A stretch of 64,000 bases of DNA from Octopus bimaculoides (taxonomy: Eukaryota). The notes beneath the pieces are model-generated. The model saw nothing but the letters and a program-made list of their open reading frames with translations, did no database searches and was not told the origin of the DNA. Location: the NCBI RefSeq assembly GCF_001194135.2, contig NC_068984.1, positions 120,009,109-120,073,108 on the forward strand. Reading direction: 5' to 3'. Numbering within the stretch: the first letter of the stretch is position 1; the number at the start of each line of letters is the position of its first letter. Below are positions 50,140-61,699 of the stretch, one piece after another. A program made the position numbers and the translations under genes.

Positions 50140-50530
50140 CATGCCTATGTGGTAAGAAGCTTGCTTCCCAACCACATGGTTCTGGGTTCAGTCCCACTGC
50201 ATGGCACCTTGGGCAAGTATCTCCTACTATAACCTGGGACTGACCAAAGTCTTATGAGTGGATTTGGTAGATGGAAAATGAAAGAACCCTGTTGTATATA
50301 TATATTTATGCATATGTGTCTTTGTGTCTGTCATCCCACCATTACTTAACAACTGATAGTGGTATGCTTATGTCCTTGTAACTCAGTGGTTTGGTAAAGC
50401 GACCAATAGAGTAAGTGCTAGGCTTACAAAGAATAAGTCCTGGGGTCGGTTTCTTTGAATAAAATCCTTTTAGGTGGTGCTCCAGTATGGCTGCAGTCAA
50501 ATGACTGAAGGCCTGTAAAAGAATAAAAGA
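50140..50530 (+). mobile_element. SINE B, full length
   Basis: TGTGGTAAGAAGCTTGCTTCCCAACC ... GGTGCTCCAGTATGGCTGCAGTCAAATGACTGAA. Confidence 0.9.
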
Positions 50531-52449
50531 TATTTCTAAAATTTTACATATGTTTCAATTAATATATATTATGTTATTGTGGGCAGACTCTCTCATCACT
50601 TCATCATATTAGAGCTTAACACATAGGTGCAAGTGTTCTTAGTTAAAAGACCAAAGTGTGATGGTGTTAGTGCTAGTGTCTTGGTTTGTTGAAGAACCTG
50701 AGTTCTGTTTTCTGTGCTGGCATAGGTAGGAGGGTTCGACTAGTCTGAAGACTGCTCCAAGCTTTACTGCCTATTTTGGCATGATTTCCAAAGGTTGGAT
50801 GCCCTTCGCTAATGCCAACCACTTTACAAAGTAAACTGTGTGCATTTTATGTGGCACGAGGACAAGTGAGGTCACCAAGTAACTTGCAGGATGAAACACC
50901 CCCAAATGGAGGGAAGTAGTATTAAGGGACTGAAAAGACAGACATGGCTACCTCAAATGGGGAGGGAGAATCAGAGAGAGAGAGAGAGTGGGGAGAACAA
51001 GATGGTGAAGGTGTGATTGGAAGGGGACAAGGGCCATACACCCAAGTTACAAGGAGGTGTATATGGTGAAGTGGACTGGGGATTGGTAAGGGTGAGTGGG
51101 TGGCTGATTTCTGAAGATTTCAAGAGAAAAGTGGGAGCTAGTGGGAGTAATGTATTGATTAGTCCAGCTAGAGGGAGGAGATATTAGGAGGATGTGTTGT
51201 GGGGGAAGAGAATCATCAGGGACATATTATGTGTAGATAGGTAGGTATGTGATGGAGAATGGAGAAGTATGTGAAGGGGTATGCGTGTCTGATCGGATCA
51301 ACTGGGACCCTTGTAGTCATAAGTGACAGAGTGCTAAAACAGCAGAAAATTTGTGAAATGCCTATTTATATTCACAAGGTCTATTTGAGGTAAACAGTAA
51401 GCATCACAAAGCATGATATCATATTAATACTCACAAATGTTCAAAATGTCTTCGATAATGGAAACAATGAATCAGAAAGCACCTATCATGCAGTTTATTG
51501 ATGATCTAATTAACCCTTAAAGTGCTGGGATTTGCACTTACATAGCATGGACTGCTGAGCACATTTAATGAAAATGAGACTACCATGCACACATAAAAAT
51601 ATAGTTCAAATATCTTCTTAGTATATAATGGTGGCAAGTTTTACATCATCGGAAAAGTCATTAGTTGAACTATTAGTCTTCTTGCATTCTGGGGGGAGGG
51701 GTATCGGAGCATTTGAGTGACATAAGACCCCAACAAACGCCCATAAATTAAATGCTTCTATCTGGGCCACGATTGTGGCCTGTTGACCTGTGCCTGACGG
51801 GCATGATCATGGCCTGTCGCGCTTTATGTGTTAATGCTTGTTAGTTTTACCTTCAAATTTTCTGCTTTTCTAGCAGCCACCCTGTATATACAATGAGTTT
51901 CCACACAATTTCTCTCTATCAAATCCACTAAGAAGTCTTCAGTCTACCTGGGACTACATTTGTCTAAGGTACCATGTAGTAGGACTGAATCTAAAACCAC
52001 GTGGTTGTGAAACAAATTTATAATTCAAGAATTTCCATTTGAAGCAATCTGATTTTATCTCTGTTTCTATTAAAAAAAGAAAATGCTATTGTCACACTTT
52101 ACCTTGTCTTCTCTTCTAAAAGTTCTCACCAGTTAATATCAATGAGAAATGTCCATTCCTCTAAGTGAAACTCTGTAGAAACCTAATAAATGAGTAAAGT
52201 ATTGTCATTCCAAATGATATTGCCCTATAAGGACGCAGTTCAATTCCTCTCATTTAAACGGGATGACATCCCTTGTCTGACTAAGTTCTGGCAGGTTTTT
52301 CTTATCAACCTTCATTTATTATTGAAACTCATTAAGAAGCAAAGATGTCAAGTGATATCCTCAGTCTAACAATGTACACATATCAATGTGTCCCATGCTC
52401 AACAATAAACTTTTTCTGATAAATTTTGTTCTTATCAACATTCTTCTGT

Positions 52450-52790
52450 CAGTTATGTACACACACACACACACACACACACATTTTACTCTCTCTCACA
52501 TGCACACTCACACACACACATATTCTCTCTTTCTCTCACTCACACGCACATGCATACATTCAGGCTTCCATGCACGCATGAATGCATGTAAGCACACACA
52601 CACATGCACACTCACATACACACATACACTTTCTCTCTCTCTCTTACACACACACATACACACATGCATGCATTCAGCCCTCCATGCACACATGAATATC
52701 TGCATGCATGTATGCACACACATGCACAAACACACACTTTCTCTCTCTCTCACACAAACACACACATGCATGCATACACACACACTAGTC
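52450..52790. repeat. Compound CA/CT/CATG repeat with a ~120-bp higher-order duplication
   Basis: CATGCATACATTCAGGCTTCCATGCAC recurs as CATGCATGCATTCAGCCCTCCATGCAC. Confidence 0.7.
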
Positions 52791-53034
52791 CCTTCAACAG
52801 TAGATTCTAGAATTCATTTAGAATTCAATACCATTTGCCAGTAATTAATCTATGCAGGTCAACAGGGCAAAAGTATCAATATAAATTACTCATTCTAAGG
52901 GTTATTCTAGTTTAACCCTTTCAGGCCTATATTTCTAATGTGAACATCAATGTGTTTTAATCAATTCTCAATATAATGAGAGGTTTCAGAGGGATTTAGT
53001 AAATAACTGTGATTTATATACTGATATATTATAG

Positions 53035-53330
53035 ATGCAAGCTTGGCTGAGTGGTTAAGAAGCTTGCTTCCCAACCATGTAGTCTTGGGTTCAATCCCAC
53101 TGTGCAGCAACTTGGGAAGGTCTCTTCAATTATTGCCCTGGGCTGATCAAAGCCTTGTGAGTGGATTTGGTAGACAGAAACTGAAAGGAACCTATTGTTT
53201 ATATATAGGCACAGGAGTGGCTGTGTGGTAAAAAAGCTTGCTTCCCAACTACACGGTTCCAGGTTCAGTCCTAAGGCATGGCATCTTGGGTAGGTGTCTT
53301 CTACTAAGGCATCGGGCTGACCAAAGCCTA
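53035..53330 (+). mobile_element. Two tandem SINE B 5' halves
   Basis: Heads at ~53040 and ~53210; the second ends at the (TA)n preceding the PLE. Confidence 0.85.
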
Positions 53331-53340
53331 TATATATATA

Positions 53341-55850
53341 TCAGATTTAGGGAAATAAAGTAAGTTAATTTTAGACAAATATATTAATGAACTAAATTAC
53401 CTGAAACTCTGGACTAGCACTAATAATACTTTAAAATGGTTTAAAGACATTAAAGGCAGTAGTAGTTACAAATATATATCCAAATAGACATAGAGGATTA
53501 TTATTCATCTATTAATGAAATAGTGCTTAATAAGGCCTTAATATATGCTATGAATAAGGTGGGAATGACTAAAGAGGAAGTTAAGGTAGTAAAAATGGCG
53601 AGAAAATTGTTTATTAGGTACAATAATAAATTATGGGCCAGAAAGGATACCAGGAATTTTTTTGATATCCCTATGGGAGCACCGGATTCTGCTCAGGTTA
53701 GAGACCTAGTAGGAATTTATTTATTAGCAGAACACCAATTAGAAAATCTTAAATTAGAGGGTGGATTATACAGAGATGACCTCCTGCTAATAACGAAAAA
53801 TAGCACGAATTGAACTTTAGAAATATATAAGAAGAAAATATACAGTTTCTTTAAAAGAAATGGGCTTAGGATTACAATTTATAACGAATATAGCAATGTC
53901 AACTACTTAGATGTAAATTTCAACTTAATAACAGGTATAGCCCGACCTTACCATAAAATTAACGAAAACCTGAAATATATTAACGCTAAGAGTAACCATC
54001 CACCTTCTATTAAGAAAGCATTAGTTAATAATATAGGGAAAAGAATTTCAGTACTTTCTTCCAACTATGAGATATTCAATAAACATGCATCATATTATAA
54101 TGAAGCGCTTCATAAGGCGGGATATAATCATAATATTCAATTTTTCAACAATTCTAAATATAATTATAATTTAAAAGATAACTTAAATGATGAATACACC
54201 TTCTATTATAATAAACACAGTATTCAGGATCACCTAAAACCAGAGATAGGTAGTAATATGAACAAAAAACCTCATAGTAATAATAATAATAAGAAGAATA
54301 AAATATGGCTAATAATTCCCGATAGGATACAGGTAAAAACTAACATTATTAAAGAGATTTTTAAAACAATTAAGATATTTATTAAAGACAACAAGAAATA
54401 TAAGGACACATTTTCTAGCAATAATTTTGGAGTTGGTTACTCTACCACTAATAATGTTGGCAATATCATTTCATCCTTTAATAAATTCAAATTAAATAAA
54501 TTTTACAATAATAAATGAAGTAATACCTCCACTGGAGTCCAAAATATAATTGATTGTAATTGTAGAGATAAGACTAAATGTAAATTTAATAATAGATGTA
54601 ACGTTGAGGACGTAGTATATAAATGTATAATGATTTTGAAGGATAATAACTGTAGTAATAATGACAACATAAATACTACTTACATTAGATCGACTTCCAA
54701 TAAGATTAAATCCCGGGTGGCCCAACATATGAATTCTTTTAAGAACAGAATTTTTATGAACTCTACGGACCTTAGTAGATACATTTGGGAACTTAAATCT
54801 AAAAGAATAGAATACGAGTTAAAATGGGAAATAGTTTGCAAGGCTAAATCATATAGGATAGGGAATAAATTCTGCTTATTATGTACTAACGAATTTGAAG
54901 AGATATTATTAGCTAATAAAAAATTATTTGACTCCCACGATGAACGTAATATTAAATGCAGACATAAATTAAATTACTTAAATAAGTTTAGATAACTAAC
55001 TTATTTACTTAAACCTAGGATTAGGTACCAACTTATAGTTATGATCAGTAGCGTAAGGTACATCAAATTAGCTTTAGAATACACTTTAATCATCTCAATG
55101 TTATACAAATTGGGACATATAACTATCTTTACTTTAAGTATTCATCGATAACATGAGCAGTCTTTTACAAAGTTTCATAACATTTTTTAAGTAATACATA
55201 ACTTTCGTATTTGGTATAGTTATTATTTTGTGTAAATCTGAGAGTTTTAAGTATTTTAGTATTATTAATCTTCAATAAACTTTTTATTTTAGGTAGGTTT
55301 TTCTTTTTCGATATTTTCGTTATTATTTTAGTAATTATAATACATATTTACCTCTGGTAATGGACGCCGTGTTTATCACGTGACTTTTCAGTATTAATTT
55401 TCATAGCATTATTTTCGTAGTATAGAATTTTCGTATGTGTGTAGTTATTACTCTGCGTTAATTTGCTAGTTTAAGTATTTTAGTATTTTTATTTCTCAAG
55501 AATCTTTTTATTTTAGGTAGATTGTCTTTTTCGATATTTTCGTTATTATTTTAGAAATTATAATACGCATGTGCTTCTGGGTAATAGACGCCATATTTAT
55601 CACGTGACCTTTTAGTATCAATTCTATAACACAGTCATGTTTTCTTATTTTAATCTTAATTTTATAAACAATATTGACATTCGTCTTTTAGTAACTTTAT
55701 ACACTAACACATTGTTTTACTATTATCTACTTATTCCATAATGTTTTAACCTTGTTTACTATAATACTCTTTTTCAATATTTTTAGATTGTAACTTTTAA
55801 TAATTATATTAATACCGTTAATGTAGGGATTAGTTTACAGATTTTGCCTC
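53341..55850 (+). mobile_element. Penelope-like element (RT + C-terminal GIY-YIG), probably Hydra clade, decayed
   Basis: 53341-54995: SDLGK*SKLILD..LWTSTNNTLKWFK-(fs ~53475)-QIDIEDYYSSI..FDIPMGAPDSAQVRDLVGIYLL..GGLYRDD..NYLDV..YINAKSNHPPSI..CNCRDKTKC..VYKC..TYIRST..STDLSRYIWELK..WEIV..CLLC..CRH. One frame from ~53480 to 54995 with only two TGA stops (53811, 54516). (TA)n on both sides. Confidence 0.93.
55245..55620. repeat. Direct repeat (~155 bp, period ~222 bp) in the PLE 3' region
   Basis: TTTAAGTATTTTAGTATT...CGATATTTTCGTTATTATTTTAG...GACGCC..TTTATCACGTGAC occurs twice. Confidence 0.85.
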
Positions 55851-55902
55851 TTTATGTATATATATATATATGTAGATATATATATATATATATGTAGATA
55901 TA

Positions 55903-56267
55903 NNNNNNNNNNNNNNNNNNNNNNNNNNNNNNNNNNNNNNNNNNNNNNNNNNNNNNNNNNNNNNNNNNNNNNNNNNNNNNNNNNNNNNNNNNNNNNNNNN
56001 NNNNNNNNNNNNNNNNNNNNNNNNNNNNNNNNNNNNNNNNNNNNNNNNNNNNNNNNNNNNNNNNNNNNNNNNNNNNNNNNNNNNNNNNNNNNNNNNNNNN
56101 NNNNNNNNNNNNNNNNNNNNNNNNNNNNNNNNNNNNNNNNNNNNNNNNNNNNNNNNNNNNNNNNNNNNNNNNNNNNNNNNNNNNNNNNNNNNNNNNNNNN
56201 NNNNNNNNNNNNNNNNNNNNNNNNNNNNNNNNNNNNNNNNNNNNNNNNNNNNNNNNNNNNNNNNNNN
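55903..56267. other. Assembly gap
   Basis: Run of N. Confidence 1.
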
Positions 56268-56880
56268 TGTAACTGAAATGAATTTCTTTTATTTAACAGA
56301 AGTCAATTTCTTTTATGTAACTGAAGTCAATTTTTTGTTAATTAACCGAAGCCAGTGTCTTTTATGTAACCTAAGTTTCTTTTATTTAAGCAAAGTTAAT
56401 TCCTTGTATTTAATTGAAGCCAATTTCATTTATTTAACCAATTTTCTTTTATTTAACTGAAGTCAATTTCTTTTATTTAACCAAAGCCAGTTTCTTTTAC
56501 TTAACAGAAGTCAATTTCTTTTATGTAACCGAAGTTAATTTCTTTTATTTAACTGTAGTCAATTTGTTTTATTTGACCGGAGTCAATTCCTTTTTTTTAC
56601 TGCATTAAAATTCTTTTATTTAACCAAAGTCAATTTCTTTTATTTAACTGAAATGAATATCTCTTATGTAACTGTAATCAATTTGTTTTGTTTATCCGGA
56701 GTCATTTTGTTTTTTACTGAAGTCAAATTCTTTTATGTAACAAAGTCAATTTCTTTTATCTAACCAAAGTCCCCTTCTTTTATGTTATCGAAGTCAGTTT
56801 CTTTTATTCAGCCGAAGTCAGTTTTTTTTTTATTTAATTGATGTTAGTTTCTTTTATTGTACCGATGTCAATTTCCTTTA
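56268..56880. repeat. Degenerate ~24-bp minisatellite (~25 units) abutting the gap
   Basis: Consensus AATTTCTTTTATTTAACTGAAGTC. Confidence 0.92.
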
Positions 56881-57369
56881 ATTAATTTCATGCTTACTTC
56901 CTATCCCCACTCTGTCAACATCTTCATTAATGCTTGGACCTACTCATTAATACTATTTAAATTCAATTTAATTTAATTTTTGCTTACCCCATATTTCATT
57001 TTGTTTTCACTCAGTGATATATATATGTATATATTATGTGTGTTTGAGAGTATGCATATTTTTTCTCCTTGTCTTGAGTCCATGTAATGTAAACGTATCG
57101 AACATTGTATGAAAAATTTTCTGACCATAAGAAAAGACCTTGCTTGGAAAAAAGGTAAGGGTTGGTAACAGGAAGGGCATGCAGTCATAGAAAATCTGCT
57201 TCAATAAAGTTCATCTAACTCATGCATGTATGGAAAAGCAGATGTTAAAATGATGACATTATGCTGGCATTCACAAACCAGACACTTAGTGTCATTTATT
57301 TTATAACTAGATTTTCATTGCAATTAAAATTTAAACATTAATGCTTTAGTAAAAAAAGCCTCATGTGGG

Positions 57370-57810
57370 TTAATACTGATTTCAAATTTTTGGCTGAAGG
57401 CCAGCAATTTCGTAGAAGGGGTAAGTTGATTACATATGCTTCAGTGCTCAATAGGTACTTATTGATCCTCAAAGGATGAGAGGTAAAATTAACCTCAGTG
57501 GAATTTGAACTCAGAACGTGAAGACATGAAATACCACTTAGCATTTTGTTCATCATGCTAATAATTCTGCCAGCTTGCCACCCTATATATATTGGTTTCA
57601 AATTTTGGCACAAGGCCAGCAATTTATATATATATGCAGACACAAGGTCAGCCACTTTGGAGAAGGGTGTAAGTTGATTAAGTTGATCCCTGTGTTCAAC
57701 TGGTATTTATTTTATCAACCCTTAAAAGATGAAAGGCAAAGTTGACCTTGGCAGAATTTGAACTCAAAATGTAAAACCGATGAAATGCTGCTAAGCATTT
57801 CACCCAGCAC
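57370..57810 (-). mobile_element. Two tandem SINE A copies
   Basis: Two bodies, each starting ATT/GGTTTCAAATTTT(T)GGC. Confidence 0.8.
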
Positions 57811-57829
57811 TTAGGCTGTTGTACCTGCA

Positions 57830-58100
57830 TGCCACCTCCAAGTGAGTTAATATTAGACAGATTAAACTACCTCTGCGTCTAAAAACCAGCACGGTCAAAA
57901 TGTATAAACATACATGCCAGTGATATATAAAAAGCACCCAGCACACTTAAGTAGTTGGCGTCAGTAAGGGCATCCAGCCTTAGAAACCATACTACAACAG
58001 ACAATTGGAGTCTGAACAGCACCCTGCAGGCCAGCTACATGTCAATTGGTCCAACCCATGCCAGCATGGAGAGCAGACACTAAATGATGATGATGATACT
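57830..58100 (+). mobile_element. Retroposon family C
   Basis: AAAAGCACCCAGCACAC..AAGGGCATCCAGC..CCAACCCATGCCAGCATGG..TAAATGATGATGATG. Confidence 0.8.
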
Positions 58101-58555
58101 TGTACAGACTATGCAGTGATCATCATTTTTTAATGTCTACTTGTTCATGAATCAGACAGAATTTTCTGAGGCAGATCAAATTTTCTACAGCTGAATGCCC
58201 TTCCTGCTGTCAACCCTCTTTTATTTCCAAGCAAGGTAATGTTTCCCTATGACCAGACATGTTTTCATGGAAGATTGGAAATGAATAACACTACAGGGGG
58301 AACATCTATTTACAACTGTCATGAGCAGGTACACACACACATGCTCACATACACACGTGTGCGCGCACACACACATTCGCTTATGTATGCACCCACACAC
58401 ACATCTATATCTTCAACTAAATCTAGTCAAAAGGCTTTGGTAGGCTTGTTGCTATAATAAAAGCCATTTGTGTAAATGCCATGCGATGAGATTGAACTCA
58501 AACCCATGTGGTTGGGAAGCAGACATCTTGACGCAGTCTTACCTGCACCTACATA

Positions 58556-59511
58556 TCTCCTAATATAATAATGAGCATTGTGCTTTTTTAGATCATTTCT
58601 AATTATATATATGTATATGCCCAAAATCACGCTGTTGGTGGTAGTCAGAGAAAGAGTAGTATAAGTGAAGGGAGAGGAGAGAAAATAGTAATTCAGTGAA
58701 GGAGAAGTAGTCAGAGTAATAGCCATGACTGAGAGGGAGTGAGTGACAGTAATAGCAATGAGAGAGGAAGTGGAAAAGAGAGCATCGCTTACAAAGGCTT
58801 TTAATTTCACAGGCAAAATGCTTTGTTTACATTTTACGAAGATCATTTTCTCTAATATTTCGGCTCCAATGTGTGTGTGTATATTTATAGATTTATAGTA
58901 TATAGTGTTTGTTATTGGTTCAGTCCATAACTTATTTACAGTATATAGTGTTTGTTATCCATTCACTGATACTCTTTCTTCTGCTATGGAGAATGAAACA
59001 GACGGAAGGTGACTGTTAGCCAGAGATAAAGACGAAGAACAGCCAGTCTCACTCAGGAAGAACTGGACACAAGAAGATTAAAAAATATATTATTAAATCA
59101 ACCACAAGAAATGAGACAAGAATAAGAGCACAAGATACAAGATGACAGGCTCGAAGACATCAAAATGAAAAGGAGAACCTCATTGCACAAAGGAGAGATA
59201 TCCAAAGACAGAGAGCAGCACAAAAGCACCAACATGAAACAGAACAGCAAGCAGTAGAGAGAAGAGAAAATCTAAGAATAAGAGCATGATAAAGGTGCCA
59301 AGATGTAACAGAAGAGCAATCAGCACAAAGGAGAGAAATCAAAAGAGAGAACATTGCAAAGGCGCCAAGGTGAAACAGAAGAACAAGCAACAGAAAGGAG
59401 AGAGGGTCTAAGAGGGAGAGACTAAGCCTAGATAATGAAACTGAAAAAGAAGCAAACTTTATTTTGCATATAATTTTCATACTGTCATTTCTGATGGCAC
59501 AGGTACACTAG
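58556..59511 (+). mobile_element. Second internally deleted Helitron with both termini
   Basis: 5' A|TCTCCTAATATATAATAA at 58556. 3' hairpin CTGTCAT-TTCTG-ATG(GC)ACAG, then CTAG|T at 59508-59512. Decayed ORF (~59000-59450) of ETEQQAVERRE / ETEEQATERRE repeats. Confidence 0.78.
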
Positions 59512-59960
59512 TAATATATAATCTCCTTCTTAACTACTCCCATGCACCCCTAAGTAATGTGAGGTAGGATTAGTGGCACAAAAAATGTTCAGTACACACC
59601 ATATAGTGGTTGGTGTTAGGAATATATTACAAAGTCATTTGATTGACTGTTGATTGGACATCCTTACAATTTCAGCACATTCCAACAGTGTCAGTTACTC
59701 CAGTAGTTCCAGTCATCATTGATGCTACCAACAAATGTCTGAGGTTCTTTTTCCCCCACCTTCTTTCTGTTATAAACAAGCAAATGAATACATCATAGAA
59801 CTTCCTATTGCATGTACATCTACAAGAGTGCTAGCATCATAATTCAGTTGAAAGTACCAGGAAATTATAGCTGGTGATATGTAAGTTTGATTCCCAGTTG
59901 GGTAGTTTTGGTTCAGCCATCCCTTGTAAATGTGTTTTCTGGTAATAGTGTGTAGTTTAT

Positions 59961-60890
59961 GGGCAATTCCACTCAAAAGGTGACAAAAACTGAAAAATTA
60001 TAATAAAACTGTGCTACCATGATTTATGTATTTTTGTGTTCCCATAAGCCAATAGGATTTAAAAAAGTAAAAACAATTTCTGTGGAATTACTGTCATGTG
60101 ACCAGAGCAGCCATCTTGGATCTAGTGTGGAAAATGGCAATTTGACAGCAAGGACAAAAGGTAGGTATCCAATTCCATCCTAGAAAAAAATTAATTTTCC
60201 ATCCTGCAAAAATATATTTTCAGGAAGAACAAGAGTATAATTATAGTTTAGCAGTGTTATTTTTTTTTAATATCATCTTGCTTATCAGCAAAAACAGAAT
60301 TTACTGTGGCCATTAGAATTTGTTGTATCAGTTACATTTTGGCATTATAAGTTTCATCTACAAAATCCTGACAAATAATTATTTTAAAACAATGCAACCA
60401 TTATGATGTACTGCAAGGGGGTGGATTTTTTTCTTATACACACTACTTTATGTTTTCAGTTACATATACCTGCTTGTGTACTGTTCATGGAAATTTCAAC
60501 CACATTATGATCAGTATTATAGGGTTCCCACAGTTACCTGCAATGCATGTAAAATGTCTAGATTGTATTATTATCTAAGACATTATGTATGTGCTACAAT
60601 AAGCTTCAAGAAACATTATTTAGAACTTTGTGTTCAAGTGCAGCACATATTTTGAATACATGGTGTGTGTTTTTACCTTTTGATCAGTTCATGTTCTTGA
60701 TTGATTAAAATAAAAATGTGGAATACTAACTGATCTGAGTTTCAGTGTTGCATCAGTTACACATTTCTAAGTGGAAATGTTGCATCAGTGGCATGTACCT
60801 GTTGCGCCAGTTACATTTTACCAAAGGCACTACAGCATGTATCAAACAATAGTGTTGGATATGAAAGCATGTATAACATCCATACGACTT
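59961..60890 (+). mobile_element. Unclassified interspersed repeat, copy 3
   Basis: Begins GGGCAATTCCA; colinear with copies 1 and 2, truncated earlier. Confidence 0.85.
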
Positions 60891-61699
60891 GTGGGCTGTT
60901 TTCATTTGATAACCAAAGGCTTCAAGAACATTTCTTCTGAAGTCTAAAGGAGAGAGGAGACCTCACCATCAGCTTGGATAGATAGAAAGAGAAGAGAAAA
61001 AATGTCTGGTTCTCCTACTTTGCTAGAAGAATAGATGAAAAAGAAGTTATGTTCCTGTATTTGTATTCAAATTATAAAATCATATTATAAGATCACAAGA
61101 ATTGCGTTATAGCTTTGAGAAAGCGAGTTAACTTAATTTACTAAAAATATTCCTGCTTCATTTCATCAATTGGCATACATGAAATTCTCTGATAAAAGGC
61201 AAAAATATCTGATTTCTTTGATTTCTCTTGGTCAGTGATTGGCTGATATTCAAGTTATATCTGTTTAGTAGAATGTCTTTATAACATCTCAGTCTTGCAT
61301 TGCCAATATATATGTTGTCTGTCATGATTACATTTCATTTATTTGAGATTTCAGCCGTATTTCTATTGGGGAGAAATATAATGATTTAATAACATGAGTC
61401 TTTAGTTTATAAGCCAGTTTTGGTGTAAGTTTCATTAGTTCTCAAATATAACACACATGGGTTAGTGGACAGGATGGGTTGTGCTTCAGGTTTGATTCTT
61501 GGATAAGGTGGCATGTTGTGTCTTTGAGAAAGTCACTTCATTTCATGTGACTCCATCTCACTCAAATAATAACTCTACTTCAACTGCAAGAGATGAAGTA
61601 GAGGGTTGATACAGCAATGAGCTGGTGTCCTGTGGAGTGAGGAGTGGAGAGTTTTGTAATCCCAGTTAGTTATAGACCATAGAAACTCAGATCTGTTGC

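Noticed and set aside
53811-54518. Two in-frame TGA codons in the PLE ORF as possible selenocysteine (as in some Naiad PLEs)
   Set aside because: Neither lies at a conserved Cys position and CGA>TGA decay explains them. The copy also has a TAA, a frameshift and a YIG>YIR change, and the domain order is RT-EN, not the Naiad EN-RT.
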